A DNA stretch of 42,161 nt from Catajapyx aquilonaris (lineage: Eukaryota). Below, in pieces: positions 13,304-27,646 of the stretch (positions are counted from its first letter, which is position 1; each line of letters opens with the position of its first letter). The position numbers were made by a program, and so were the translations under genes. Location of the stretch: contig JYFJ02003412.1 in the NCBI GenBank assembly GCA_000934665.2, forward strand, positions 1 to 42,161, written 5' to 3'. The notes below the pieces were generated by a model. That model was not told where the DNA came from. It did not search any database and saw only the letters and a program-made list of their open reading frames with translations.

Positions 13304-16300
13304 TTACTATTGAAAAGGAGCAGTGATCAGTACCGGTGACAAATAACAGTTACCTGAGAGCATTGTCCTATGAAACTCTAGGCCAAGATTGAGACCGCCA
13401 ACAAGACAATAACTGTAGGCATTGCACATTTACTAGTTCCTCCTCCCACCCACAAGAGGCGCTGCCTCCCTCAATTGCGCACGCACAGAAGGGGGGCCAA
13501 TATTATGAGCTTCGGTCAAACAATATACGGCGGGCCAATCGGAAGCCTCGCACTTACAACGAAGTGTTTGAATCTATTACAGATAATGTATACACTATAC
13601 CGACATCTCATGTAATTCCTGTATACACTTTTGATCTTTCCGTGATCTTTTAGCTCGGTACAGTATATACTTTCGTGGCCAATTTGTTGTGAGCATGAAA
13701 CGAAATTGGGGCCTGTACAGTTTATCTGTGGCGTAACTGAGATCTGATGTAGTACAAATATTGGATCGAGTGTATGTCTATTGCAGACACACGCAGGTTG
13801 CCCTTGATGGGTGTGCATTGCATTGTGCGCTGTTAAGTGGTGGTCAGATGCCAATCTGAGCTAAACGAGAAAATTCACTCGGAAAACCTACTTTTGACCA
13901 TGTAAATGGCACTACAACAATATTGGGTTTCATAACATGTCATTTGAAGAAATTTGTGAAATTTTTATGAGAATAACTAAGTGCAAGGCAACGGAAGTAG
14001 GCCTATACTGGGCAACACGAGTAAACAAGTGAAATACCATATCGATTGATTGGTTGTGGCATGCAATGTGCTGGTTACCGCCATGTTTGGTCCAGATCAT
14101 TCGATCACATTTTGTGACCATCCTTTTGCATATAATATAGGAAAGAATATTGTAGTATAGAGAGTCACATTTCATAATCGCGCAAGGTTCCACCAGCCAT
14201 ATACATATCATGTAAATGAGCAATAAGCGGAATGGACACTGTAATTGGCCAGGTGTCAGAGTGAGTGAATACTTGTCAAATGGCGACACTTGTCCAAGGA
14301 TGATTCGATTGCGGTATACACCTGTCGAGCTGTATCTATCAAAACATAGAGCCGTTTGCCAGGAAACCGCCGCCGCTGCCATATAATTCATTACGAGTGA
14401 ACTTGGCACTGACTTATTAATGGCAAGTCGTGACAAATTAATGAGAGCTTTGCCAAATTAATTGTGGTTCAAGGCTAATGAAACAATGGCCATCACGTTC
14501 TGGTATATTATCTGCCCCAGCACACTCACACACGCTTTATTATTCGACGTGTATTAAAAGGTGCTATCTATCCAGGTAGAGCCATAGTAGTACATGATAG
14601 GCTCTACTAATCTATACTTACGTAAGCACCGTGACAGTTGCCTAATTCCGTCGCGTGTGCACCGCAAAGACTACCGTGAAAATCCACGCCCCAAATGAAA
14701 CAAAGATTCGTAGAATCAGACATGAAACCACACCTTGTATCCGCATATCGGTAATGGATACCTTTATCATTGTTTTGCCAGTTGGTAATTTCCAATGCTG
14801 TTGTATCCGCAGTAATGACGCGTTGAGACGCCGTGCACGCTTGGCCTCAATCGTTCGGGGAATACAACAGATTATGTGAAAAGCTCGAGAGAATGACGCG
14901 TGTTCCGATTTTCTATGAGGAAATACCTCCATAGCAGTATGGCGCCCAATCAGGATGTCCGGTAAAGACTTGAAATTTAATGAACGGGTAGCAAACGGGT
15001 ATTAAACAACAGCTAGTTGGTGTAATGAATTCTCCAGCAGAGGTCAACAAATCCGTTTGTTTTCAAGTCATACATTTCAGGTCACATGCCTATAGATGCG
15101 ATTAGTACTATATCCATGATAATACTGTACAAGGTCTCTCTTGTTGGAAAATAGGTACTGCATGTTCTGCGCAAGACTGGTGCCAAATTTATTAATGCCA
15201 AGGTTCCAATTAACCGTTTGATAGGTCCGGAAAGATTGGCATATTGTCCTCTCGGCAGAGTGTCAGCCGTAAACATGACAGGTTTGTCACCAGGTTTGTG
15301 CCGATTGTGATCTGTTGGTTGCGCTGCTTATCTCAACGACAGGATGCGATGTAGTTATTCCGGTACTTACTTTCACGGAATGCAGCACCAACACACCTCT
15401 TCCTCTTTATGCAAATTAATCCAACCGACTCAGGATGTGTGACTGACTTTAGAATTAGAGGTTACAAGAAGCCAACTCCAACCTGTACATTACGCTTTTT
15501 GTTGTTTATAAAAATATTCATAGTTGTTTTTACCTCCCTCGCCTTTCCCATTACTAAAGATGTTTCCACATGAAAAACTTTTTTTGTGTGTGTGCGCTGG
15601 CGCTTCGGATGTATTCCCATCCTCAAATTAGCTCTCATTTTTAGATCCTAATTAATACACCATGCAGGAAATTAGTGGCTTGTAGGCTCCGAATACCCCT
15701 TTATGCAGCCTGGTTCGGATAATCACCTTTTCCCCTTGTCAGATCGGATGCGATGGAAAAGATCACTAACCTCGGCGCATAAGGGCGGACAGCTGGAGGT
15801 CAGTCCACCTTTCCATCCCTCAAGGTTTCTCCGAAGAGAAAATATTACGTAAAAATATATTTTGTAACCGCAATTTGCACAAAATTTGGCGGCCAAAATG
15901 TGTTGGCGATCTGTCTCAAGGCCCATTGATCCAGATATGGCGGAATTAAATTGGCGGAGACCGCATGAGTGGCGTCAAAAGGATGCTTTCATGAGTTGCG
16001 TCTGACAAGCGCAAGTACTTATTCCGGGACCCTTGGCATGCAATCCTGCGATCCTCCCCCTTCGGAGTTTTTTTTTTCATTTTCAAAAAAAAAAAGAAAG
16101 GAGGAAAAAGAAAAAAAAGAAAAGCAGGGCCCCAGAAGGAGGAGGACCAATGGCCCTAAGGTTCGAATGCGGCGCCTTGGCTCGCGTGCGGCACGGACAC
16201 TCGCATGCCATGTCCTAATCTCCATATTAACGTCCAAATTACTTGAAGGGATGTTCCAAGTGCTCTCATTCACACAGGCAGGGGGAAAAACGGGCCTCTT

Positions 16301-19300
16301 TTGCGGCCGGTTGTGGCCGGCCTACTAAACTGCGGGACTGTGTGGGGGGCTTTAACGGCTCATGGCGCTGGTATCGACGCGACGCCCAGCGGGGGACTCC
16401 AGAAGTTTTGTCAGGAGGTGGCGCCCTTAATGCATCCAAACCAATCAGTCAATTTTCCATCGAATTTTCCCACTCAAATCAAGGAAGAGAAATAATCTCA
16501 TTAGACTAATTAGAGTAAGAGGAGGAAGTGTTGCCTGCTTAATTTTCCAATTAAAATCGTGCAATCTGTAATTCTAAAAATCAACATCCCCGCTTAATGA
16601 TGTGTACAAAGCAATTACCAGCACGGCAAATGGTGGATTGTTTATATAGAAAATATAAACTTAAAATTGTCACAAAATTGTTGGAAAAAGGGCGAGGGCA
16701 AAGTGTGATCTGCAACAATGAAGTGTAAAGAGTTATGCAGGTTGGTGTAATGTTGTAAACAGTCAAGAAGTAACAGCCAATGATATATAGGAAACAAGGA
16801 CAAGCAGATCTGGATATCGTGACCAGTCTCAAGTAATAAAAAAAACAGACCTTACAGGCATGAAGAGCAGAACGACATTTTCAAGCATTTGTTCTCAGCA
16901 CAATAACTTTTTTATAGGGTAATCTTTCCCTGACCTGCTGCTCATATAGTGGTGCAAGCCCAGTTTGTCATTCCCCCATCAGGTGTTTGTATGTAATAAG
17001 CCCATTACCTCCCCCCCCNCCCCCCCTCTATATTTTTGATGCACAGTTTTTCAGTGCCAATTTCGTGCACGAATAAGCACAGCCTATATAGTGACTATGC
17101 ACAGCAACAACCGGTTAGTGACATTTTGCACACTATATTTTCCGGGAAGAAACCCTCGTTAAATCTGACAGAACGATATGAAAGGGCCGTCAATCACCCT
17201 GGGTGACTAACGGTAAGTGCGCAGATTTGGTACCCATACACGACGCGCAAGGTGAGCTACATCCATGCAATGTCACCTGCGCAACGACTATATATGAAAC
17301 CCAGCCCTTAACAAATTACAAGGTGGTCCACTGCCCCTTAGTTAAATATTGGTGACGAACAGAATGGGGTCCTAGCCTACATTTTGCAAAACCCATGTAA
17401 AAATCGTCCTCATTTTAAAATTAATTTTGGTGTTTTTTTTGTTTGAAGAAATAGGCATTAGTTTTCATGATTTTGGTGCTGAAAAGTAGTGGAAATCTTG
17501 TTTACATGTATGTTTGAGCTATTTGTGTACAAATTTCTTAAATCCCAGACCAAGGCTATAGGACCCCATTATATTTTTGAACAGTGCAGCACCCTGTACA
17601 CATCCAAGTGATAACACGCTAAATTAGTATCCTCTCCGGCCATTACACGTGACCCCAAAAATAATGTCCAATCACTGCTCGACCCCGAAATCAACGCTCC
17701 GTTTAATTTGATAAAGTGACAAATAATATTCCTTCCCCCCCATCTTTCCCCCCCCATGTTTCATCCAATACTGGCTAATTATTTAACAATTTTTTTAAAC
17801 ATCCCGGTGGTATGGTTTGGGATGGGTGGCCTTGTTGTATACGGCAGCTGCGTGAGAACCCGTTTTGTGTTGGCGGCGATGAAAAAGAATCGCCATTGGC
17901 GGGCCTGTGGAAAGTGAGACATGCCCACTTCATTCGGAGGTACACTTCTCTCCAGCATGGCTTGCACCCCCCCCTCTCTCATACACCCTACTCATACACT
18001 AACAACTAGCTTTGCAACGCCACAAACAAGGGCTCGTGTGATTAAGAACTCGTTTCCCTCTCGGCCAATCGTTAAATTTTCTATACTGGCGCCTTTTCAC
18101 ACGCCAGTTGGTGTTACACGAAAAGGTGGGTAACATCACCACCCCTCTCAAAAAAAACCTCTCCCTGCCTCAACTGGTGTCGAGACTGGATTTTTGGCAG
18201 GCCATGGGGCGAATCGGTGGTTACAGCTTGATTTAAGGGTGAACGGGATGTTGATGGTACAGACCAAAAAGAATGGGTGCGGCCCACCCAGCATCGCGAA
18301 GATTGTTTTTTTTCCTTCTCGTGATGGAAGAGTGCAAATTCCAGTTTTCCTTCTTTCTGAAGACCATTTGTCAAATAATTATTACGTGCACGATTCAAAT
18401 TGCACTTATTCACACCGTGCAGTTAATATTTGAAGGGTTGAATGCAAAGATAGTTTCTCGCTGTACATTTGCATGCTACTTGTACACACTCAATCATATG
18501 GGAACGTGGCTCATTGGGTGAATGACACCATTAAGGGTTAGCCTTTGGTGTTTTATTTTAAGTTTCAGGATATAGGTTTGAGCCTGTAATTTAGAGGGTG
18601 GTACGTGTAATTTTTTTTCGTCTTCAAATGAGCACCAATGGTTATATAGCGACATGGCCGGTTCTCCCACGTCCATTCCAATAATGCATGTCTGCCCACA
18701 TCAGGAATCATGGAGTTTTGGGAACGTTGGATAGGCCGTATGTTACTTTAGTTGGCTGTCACTGGACATGAAAATTACATTAGGCATATATGCGAATTTA
18801 TTGCAAGGGCCGTCATCAGCCAAACAGTCAGTTACTACACCCAAAGACTTATTTTTGCCGGCCAAGTTTGCAATATGAACAAAAATTAAGAGATGGCACA
18901 CACATAACAGAGTGTATCATACTGTATGTCATAATGTTGATTCATATGAACTTTTTACAAATCTAGAGAGCCGCATCTTCGTTTATGATGTATATAGCAT
19001 ACGTCTTCAACAGATTAAAACATTCATTGCTGTTGGCAGCGCAGGTCTGTCATAATGTGCGGATGTTTTGTAGAATCAGTTTTTTTTCTTCTTGAGAAGG
19101 AAACATTTGATGTCTTCCATGACAATGTGGAGGAGCAAAATATTTATATGCTGCAATAGCTATACGGATGTTGCATTATTAGCTCAACTTGGATAAGAAA
19201 TTAATTTAAAATTCTTATCAATAAGAATCCAGGACCGCTAAGCAGTGGGTGAAATTTTGTAGCAACTGTGATAAAGAAGAAACTGAAAGATTTTATACAG

Positions 19301-19463
19301 GTTTCATCAGCAACTAATCCCTAATCCCTGATGTAGCCTGATTCTAAGCAGATAATAATTATCACCATTTTATTCTCTGCGTTATACAGTAGACTGGCCT
19401 GTGAATAATGTACAGTAACAGCAACGATAAAAATACTGTACAGTGTACAGTAATTATTACAGT

Positions 19464-19615
19464 ATCCTGTGAGTTAGATGGACCTCTGGACAATAAAGTC
19501 GCGTGGGTGGCCCTGATTAGTAAGGATAAATGCAGTATTGATACTGTACTTATCCTGAATAATCAGGGCCACCCGAGAGACTCTGTTGTTCAAATGTCCA
19601 TCTAACTCACAGGAT
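19464..19615. repeat. 152-bp imperfect palindrome (75-bp arms, 2-nt centre); probable palindromic MITE
   Basis: The outer 20 bp are perfect (ATCCTGTGAGTTAGATGGAC / GTCCATCTAACTCACAGGAT). The inner block GGGTGGCCCTGATTA / TAATCAGGGCCACCC also pairs. By hand alignment about 63 of 75 positions match with no gaps. Confidence 0.85.
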
Positions 19616-22327
19616 GATGTGACCACACGATTTTTCTGACAATAAAACTTGAGTTTTTTTCCCCATGAAGTTTGTTTAGTGTTGAGTCCTTAAGCTGGTT
19701 AACAAGTCACATAATTCTGGTCATAATTTTGTACTTGATAACTTTTAGTGCTGTCAGCGGAATTCTCCGGCTGTCACCGTCGCATTTTTATGCCAGGTGT
19801 ATATTCGAAGGTTTGGCCCACTAATGGAACCAGAGTGTTTCAATGGTGTTGACAAAGTCAGTTAAAAGGGGATATAAACAAGTTTTAGAAAAATTGATGC
19901 TTTGATAGTATAATTATTGTGCAATTCAGGTACTTTTACCATTTATTTTTCATGGTGGTTTATTTATCTAGGTCGCTAACCAGCTGCTACGTTGATATTA
20001 TTGCTGCGCAGTGTGCAACTGTGAATATATGCGCTTCTTATCTAATGAGATGGCGTGTTGCAATTGCAATTTATTACACCAGCATAGAAATGGCTTGGGA
20101 CCACCCATATTAACGCATAATAAAATAAAAAGTCATCTTGTTCTCCGTTTTTATGACCCTTCATGTACACTTTGGTTGCATTTTAGCATGTGATCTGCTA
20201 AAAACATTTCAATGTTAACGTTGATTTATGAAATTCAATGTGATCATATTGATCCTGGGTTTGAGTGTGATATCATGTTAGAAATTATTTAAAAAATAAT
20301 TACACTGAATTCTAAAGAAAAGTTAACTAAACACGATATGGGTCTCACAATATTTGGAATAGCAGCCGGATTAGGCATAGCATAGTTGTTGAAAAAAATG
20401 CAATTCTTTTTGTCATTCGCCATATTATGTAACACTTTTAATTATTTATTATTATTATTACTTAGTGCAAGAAAGTAGGCCTGTATATAAACCCAAGAAG
20501 CCTCTTTCCCCTTCCAATATTGCTGTGCCCTTCGGCGTCGCCCGCCGAACTGACTCGTCAGTTATTTTGAAGTGGCAATTAGTCCGGTAATTAGCAGTCA
20601 GTTTGGGCAGCCAATCATAAAGATCGATGCCTGGTTACAAGCTTACAAGCTCATAAGAACTTTGTCGACGCCGAGGTCTTTTCTGTTGGGGAAAACTCGG
20701 CAGCCTCCCGACAGCACAATCGCTCCGAAAAGTCGATCGAATTGAGCTACTATCAGCCCAGCTGATGGCAGCAGCAAGCGCTATCGATAGACTTTGCTGG
20801 AGTGCAGCTCTCCCCCCTCTCCTCTCCTCTTTTTTTTCTCCTTCTCCAGTCTTAATAATGTTACCAGATTTACCGTGTTCCATGATTGGGGCACGGGAGC
20901 CGTCCCCTCGGCTGCTTTTGCCTGGAGCACGGAAACGAACTCTAGGAACCAATTTCCTGACGCAATAAATTAAGGCCTCCTTAAATGTAATCGATCTTGC
21001 TCGTGTCTGCTCTGCGACGTATCAAAAAATAAGGCGATAGCATGCAGCTCTTGTAATTGGAGGGGATGGAAAGGGAAAAGGGAATATTCTGGGGTTCGGA
21101 TTGGAGTTCAAGAGTTATATGCCGGAAAGACGGATTTCGCTGAGATTTTTAGTAATTTCCGGCAAGCAGCTAAAAAATGTGTGGAAAATCACTCACATGT
21201 AAGACAGTGAATATTTTTGACATAGGTGTTGACTATTTCGACCTATCGTCACCTGCAGATGTATACCCATGAGCGACCGTGTGTGGTGATAACATGGTGT
21301 ATCGTATTCAGGGCTCCTTGTCAGTGCCCGAAACGATGACGAATTATTTCGGGTTGGACTGAGTATATAGGAGGAGGTGGCGGGTACGAGAACACATGTC
21401 AGCACCGAAGCCATTTTTTCTCTTTTTTCTATTTTTTTCGATACCTTAGTCAGACAAACAACAGTCCACACCTTCCCCGTCTGCGAGCCTTCTGCATTTT
21501 TCAAAAGGCGTGCAAAGGCTGGCAACCCACACGTGTAGCGCTGATGGGGATCTTCATTCGGTTCCTTATATTTTTCGCACAATGATATATTATTATCATT
21601 ACAATTTTTTCTCTCCCCCCCCCCCAGTACCAAAAGTCCATGTTGTAAACACCTGCGTATACAGGGTGTTTCACTCTGAAGTTTGTCACCAACATTGTGA
21701 CACATCCTGCAACGGGCAATATTTACAAGCATGGCATCACGATGCGTCGAATATGACTTATTTAACTGCGATCTTATTGATTTCTAGGGGGTATCCCTGG
21801 TACATGGGAGTGTTTTCCATGCTACAAATTGATCGCGTGCTATCGAATGCTCTCTGCCACGAATTTCACGGGGAAAAAATTGGGGGGACCCAACCTCACC
21901 CCCCCTCTTTTGATGCACGTCACAAAATGTGGCCGGGACTATCGTCCTTGTATTACATCCTATTTTTGATTTGCGTTGTGTACACGCGGATGAAAAGCCT
22001 TTTGGGGTTGTCCTCCCCCCCACACACAAACCCAGCTAGACTTTGTATACCAAACAATTCGGCAGCATAGTTGTCGAGGCCCCAATCGCTCGGTTGGGGT
22101 TGGGTTTGGAAATCAATCCACTTTTCAAAACCCTTATCCCCAAAACTGATCTCAAATATTAAATTGAGCGTAATTTGCGAGTAAACAAACGAAAATCGCC
22201 GATTGTTTTGGGAGCCCGACAGTATAGATGCGAGGTCCCCCCACCAATTTTAAATCGGGGTGGTTCTGATGCCCGTAAATGCTGTCGGGATGGAAAAGCC
22301 TAGCTCTCGTTTTTGGTTGGATAGTTA

Positions 22328-22345
22328 GGGGGGGGGGGGGGGGGG
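22328..22345 (+). repeat. Poly-G homopolymer (G18)
   Basis: Seen directly; the longest of many G/C runs in the window. Confidence 0.85.
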
Positions 22346-24851
22346 ACAGGCATTGCATTTTTGATAGCCGAATCACAGTTCGATACTAAATACATAAGGG
22401 GCTGGAAAGAAAGGCTGTCAGCACAACACGGAATCAGGGTTATTTCCATCCGATGTACAGGATGTTCCATAACCACACCGATAACGTTCTGGGGCGAACT
22501 TCTGGCCATCTGACAATAATTTTGTGTAAAGATGTCATTTGGTCTACGCAGCCTCATTACACTGATAATTGCTGCTCTCAGGTGGAATTTTGCCTAGTGA
22601 ATTTTTCCGTATACAATACTTGTGTGGAAATTGCCTCGGAAAAGTGCATGAACATAAGCGGTTTATATAGAGGCTATTTGGGTGTCCCCCCCAAGCCGGA
22701 ATCAATTCAGAGACAACATTTTGGCAGCCATGCATAAAGTGACTGCCCCCTCCACCCCTCAACCAACCCACCCACTCCAGGAGAACCCCAATCGTTGTGG
22801 ACGTCCTAATGAAATTACAATTCTGTCCACAAAATCGTATAGGGGGGCTCATGAAAGATTCAGCGCTACTTTGCCGATAACAATGGGTAAAAGTCATTCC
22901 GAATGACAATAGTTCCTTATCATTGGTTTGGTCGCATAGAGAAAAACCGGATATGAATTTCTCAGGGCTGTTCCGGCATTGAGTGCATGTTTCTGATGGT
23001 GGTCTACATAGTGTAACTACATCACTTATTTGGAGAGCGAGCAGATGTTTGGGCGACTGCGGCGCCTTTTTTTTCCTATTTTTTATAGTTATTATTATTC
23101 GTGTGTAAATTGTGTGGGGAAGCTTGTTTTTTCGTGCCTTTTGTACATAGTTTTACCGGCACGCGTACAGCAATTACGCAATTTCCTTCTTTGCAGCCTC
23201 AAATCGCAACGTACAATTTTCTGGAGGATTGGGGCCAATGTTGCAATTCCTGAGATTTTTTTCTCTTTCATTCTCTTAGTTTAATCGCACATAAGCAAGT
23301 AAATTGCACGTCATGTAATTATAGAGAGTTTGAAAAATATAAACTCTTCCGCGCCGTTGTTGCATGCGTATGGTTATTTGATGAATAAGCAAAAAGGTTC
23401 TTCCACCTAAATACCTACAATTAGCCCACGTTCAAAGAACACTTACTCAAGGTCTGATCATCCTTACGAATTATTGCCGGTTTTGAAAATACACCCAACA
23501 TTAAAAATAATAATGAAGAAAAAAAAACCTCAGGCCTCTAAGAGATGGGTCATTTTCCCTCAAGCCCTTTTTGAAGTCAATTATACCGAATACGTGAGTA
23601 AGAAACAGCTCAATTTTTCAACACGCCATGTAAGAATGGAAAAGGTTATTGTGTGTACTGAGCAATAATTATTTTTCGACCCTCGAATTAAGCTACCTAT
23701 TACAGCACAATTACATATTGGGAATTCTTTTGTCGGGTCGTGTGACGCTTTTATGCAAGCCTAACTATTACATATTGGCCTTCAGTGCTGCACATGCACC
23801 CTGTACACACCCTACATTTGCCGACGTTTCAATGCCAGCGTGTTATTTTTGCCTTGTTGTTACGACTCTTTTTTTTTCCACATTCAAATAGAGTTGGGCA
23901 GATAAACTCTTCGATGTATTAATATTATATGGGGATATTTAACCCTCTGTTCATGTTTCCAGACAATTAACCTTACGACAATGGACGACTCCAAATCCCG
24001 CTCTGGGTCCGCCGAGTATAGAAAGTTGAATGGAGGGAGGTCACATGAAAAATAGATCCCGCCAAATGTTCACGTGTCTCGCCATATTGTATCCAGGACA
24101 GACGCATAATTGCACACGTTCAATTTGACAAAGCATATTATCGAAATGTCGATATCTAAAGACCTGTCTCCGCCCCTCCCCCTTTTCCCCTTTCCTTTTA
24201 TATTTTTTATTTCTTCCTTTTTGCTGTTCACAAGATTTGGGGGGGTTTGTGTGGGGGGGTTTGTCCCCCCCCCCCCTTCTAAGGGGTCACGGGCGAGGTC
24301 AACACGAGGAGGAATTCCGAGTGTGATTAACGACGCTGCTAATGTCAGCTGTGATGTCACCTCTCCGCTAATTAAGCTGGTCTAGAAGTCTTGGTGTGAC
24401 AGGAAGGTTAGAAGTCAATAGGCTCGAGAGACCGCATTTCTTTAAAACACTAGGCCCTTGAAAACTGTATGCGGCATACAAAAAAAAAAAAACTTTGAAA
24501 GAGACTCATTTTTCAGACTGAGTTAAAAAATGGTACGTAGCGGATCCTCTTCATAAGTTGTACATTGAAGCTTCGACAAACAATGGCCGCTCATTAATAA
24601 TGTTCACCAAAAATGTGCGCATGGAGTAAAAGGTCGTAAGGAAAATGTCTTTCTAATGAATTTCCTAAAGAGGTGGTGATGAATACATCATTCATTAACC
24701 GCATGTGTGTATAATTTTTTGTTGTTTTCGGGGCAGTTAACCTTGGCATTTCCGTCTGAGAGTGTGTGCGTGCTGATTGATTTCCGTGGATGCTAAGAAA
24801 TGTCAGGTCAAACAAATGGCTCACAACTTTTCATAATTTATTTTCGCCAAA

Positions 24852-24877
24852 GGGGGGGGGAGGAGGGGGGGGGGGGG
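24852..24877 (+). repeat. Interrupted poly-G tract (G9-AGGA-G13), G-quadruplex-prone
   Basis: Seen directly in the sequence. Confidence 0.8.
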
Positions 24878-27043
24878 TTACAGGTATTAACGTGTTAAAT
24901 TAGTTTCTCTAAAGATTGTGCGTGTTTGAAAAGAAAGATTTCACTTTGTGCCTGACCTTAAAATTACTGCCGGATTATTAATAGCAATTTAATACCCCCA
25001 TTTTTGCGGTTATGGAACCCCCCCTCTTTTGTGCGAAGCTGTTGGTCTGTATAGTTTACTTTGGATCGATTGTTTCTTCAATTAAGTTATTAGCAAGCCC
25101 GGTTTCACGGTTCGTCTGCTGACAATTGGACAACAAATGACGCCTGGTGTGTTGCCAGGTATAAGCCCTGGAGCAGCCGACTCAATTGGATCACTTCACT
25201 TCAAGCATGCTAGATGGCAGCGCATAATATCCTGTCACGTAAATCTGGGAGTAACATTGGTTCGGAATTTTGGAGAGAAAATATTCGACCAAAAAATGAG
25301 GTATAGGATCAAGGATTTGCGAATAATTTATATTTAACAATGGCACAAAAAATGGCGAGATATTTTCAGCCTAGTTTTTGAGCCTCCTGGTGATGCAGGG
25401 GAAAAATAGTTTGAAACTGACTCACTTCAGCCATCAGTGATTGAGTGGAAATGTGATTTTCCATAGTTCACAAAGGTTCTGATGGGAATTTGACGTTGTA
25501 GTATAGGGCAGTTTTTACAAGAGTTAATGACAGACATTGTTAACACTATATTTAACGACGCAAAATATGTAAAAACAGTTACAGTAGTTCCATGTTTTTG
25601 AAAGCTGAGAAAGTAAAATTAAGGACACAGATTTGTTCTTTCTTCAGTAAAAGACTTAGCGTTGTTTAAAAAAATAAATTGATATTCCACTATATGATTA
25701 TAGTTACCGAAGATTCAGATTGAAGGATTCTTTGAGTCGTTTCAGAGATTATTTATTGCTGGTAGCTGTACACTGTACAGAAAGTAGCCTAAACTCATGA
25801 CTAAAGTTTGACTATTCTCGTATGACCATTACGGGAGCCTGTAATTGCTAGAATATTTTGAATGAATAATTATGTTTTAAGCTTATACGGGAATAGTACA
25901 TCTTGCTAAAAATTAAGGACCGATGAAGTTTTGAAGTAATGGAGAAGCTGAGGAAACATTGTTTTGACAATACACTATACACAATACTAATTTTTTTAGA
26001 AGTCATAGTGTTAGTAATATTAAACGTTATTGCTATAAAATTGCGATCGATCAATTTCATTGTAAGAGAAATGGAGACATATGACTTTATATACGTCACA
26101 CTCTGAATGATGCCATTTGAGTAGTGACGCAAAATGTTTCAAAATCGTATTGCATTTGATGTTGGCCTAGGAATTTGCACACGTTTGCAAATGTCCACGC
26201 AAATGTGGGATTAAATGGCACGATTTTATATTATGTCGAAACATTCTATAGGCCTACGTGATATTTGGGATTATTGTGTTCCACACTGGTAAATTCTCAT
26301 GCTAGATTCTTGTCCCTCAAATACTCTATATGCGTATATACCTTGAGGGGCAATGGTTGGTAATATGTCAATACTTTCTTGCGGAAAACTTTGACGTCTA
26401 GAGCTATTTGCGATAATAAAAGACCCCATATTTATCCATTGTTCAGACGTTCAGACTCATTTTGTATAAGTACCCACCTATCTGAGGCATGACAGGAAAA
26501 TAGTTGCTAATGTTTCTTTATGAATATTNGGGGGGGGGGATTGATCAGCTTGTCTGATCGCTTTTAGGACTGTACATGAATGCAACTGTTTTCAGGTAAC
26601 AAGGTATAGGAAGCAAGGCCACCCAAAACTGTCATTGGATAATTTAATTTCAGTATAATTTTTGGATTCACATATCAGTCTCTGCAAAGATCAGCAAAAT
26701 GAATAAGGGCCGGAAAGATGATCATGTAGCTCAATACCTGTTGTATATTGCGTACAGCAGGCCAATTATGATTTCAAAATGTGCTTATTTTTCAAGTTGA
26801 AGCGAAATATTTACGGTTGTTTGTCGTAGATATTTATTATAATATAGGCTACAGTAGACTGGCAATATCAAAGAAATGCGAACAAAAGTCTCACTTTTAA
26901 TACTAACTTGAAGGGATATTTTGAACGTCTTTATGTGTGCACGAGAGTGCGCATAAAAGTTATTTTTATATTTAGCCACGCATCAAGACTAAAATATGTG
27001 GGGTCAAGACAGTAAGATGCATGACCCCTCGCATTTTTGCTCC

Positions 27044-27501
27044 AATTTTATATAAAAAAAGGGGGTTCACTGCAGCAGAAATACATTCATTCTGCCTGGA
27101 AGCGAAATGGTTTAATCTAATAATGTCATTCTAATAATCGCAATACAATTATAATATTCAGATTGTAAATATTATACGCTTGTGAGAAGTGTGAGAGTTG
27201 TGGAATAATTTAGATAAAAATGATCTAAACGCTCTAAATTATAAAAACTGGACTTATTGTATACTGACATTATTATAGTGCGACAGTGGTAGTCCACTTT
27301 TTAACAAAATTTGTTAAAAAAGCATTTACTTAAATTATTCCACAACTCTCATACTTTCTCACAAGCGTATATATTTACAACTGGAATATTATAATAACTA
27401 TTTTGCATTGTGATATTATACATGATTGAAATGGCATTATTAGAGTGAACTTACAGGCAGAATGAATGCATTTCTGCAGTGAACCCCCTTTTTATAAAAT
27501 T
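27044..27501. mobile_element. Foldback / long-TIR non-autonomous element (~460 bp, ~170-bp inverted arms)
   Basis: Left arm GGGGGTTCACTGCAG..AGAAATACATTCATTCTGCCTG..ATACGCTTGTGAGAAGTGTGAGAGTTGTGGAATAATTTA (27061-27212) is the reverse complement, with indels, of TAAATTATTCCACAACTCTCATACTTTCTCACAAGCGTAT..CAGGCAGAATGAATGCATTTCTGCAGTGAACCCCC (27331-27488). Confidence 0.75.
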
Positions 27502-27646
27502 TTTATAAAAAGTGAACGTATTGTCACATCACAATAGGTCTACTTATAAAATATGTTCAGGAAGCAATTGATTATTATTTCTTTGCCTTTCCATAAGGAG
27601 ATGCTTTATTTATTTCTTGTTATTAGCCCACAATATAATTAACGTA

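Noticed and set aside
13930..14436. 168-aa intronic ORF on the Msx strand
   Set aside because: Non-ATG start, AT-rich, no homology evident, and not needed to complete the Msx reading frame.
16150..16180. GGTTCGAATGC resembling a Pol III B-box (tRNA/SINE)
   Set aside because: No A-box at the right spacing and no cloverleaf.
20531..20563. Two adjacent 7-bp mini-hairpins (possible Helitron end or terminator)
   Set aside because: No CTRR terminus follows; such short stems arise by chance, and bacterial terminators are irrelevant in this eukaryotic context.
21193..22070. 179-aa and 186-aa intronic ORFs
   Set aside because: No domain similarity that I recognise, they cross homopolymer runs, and their composition looks random.
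23939..23975. TTAACCCT piggyBac-like left end
   Set aside because: No paired AGGGTTAA right end nearby.
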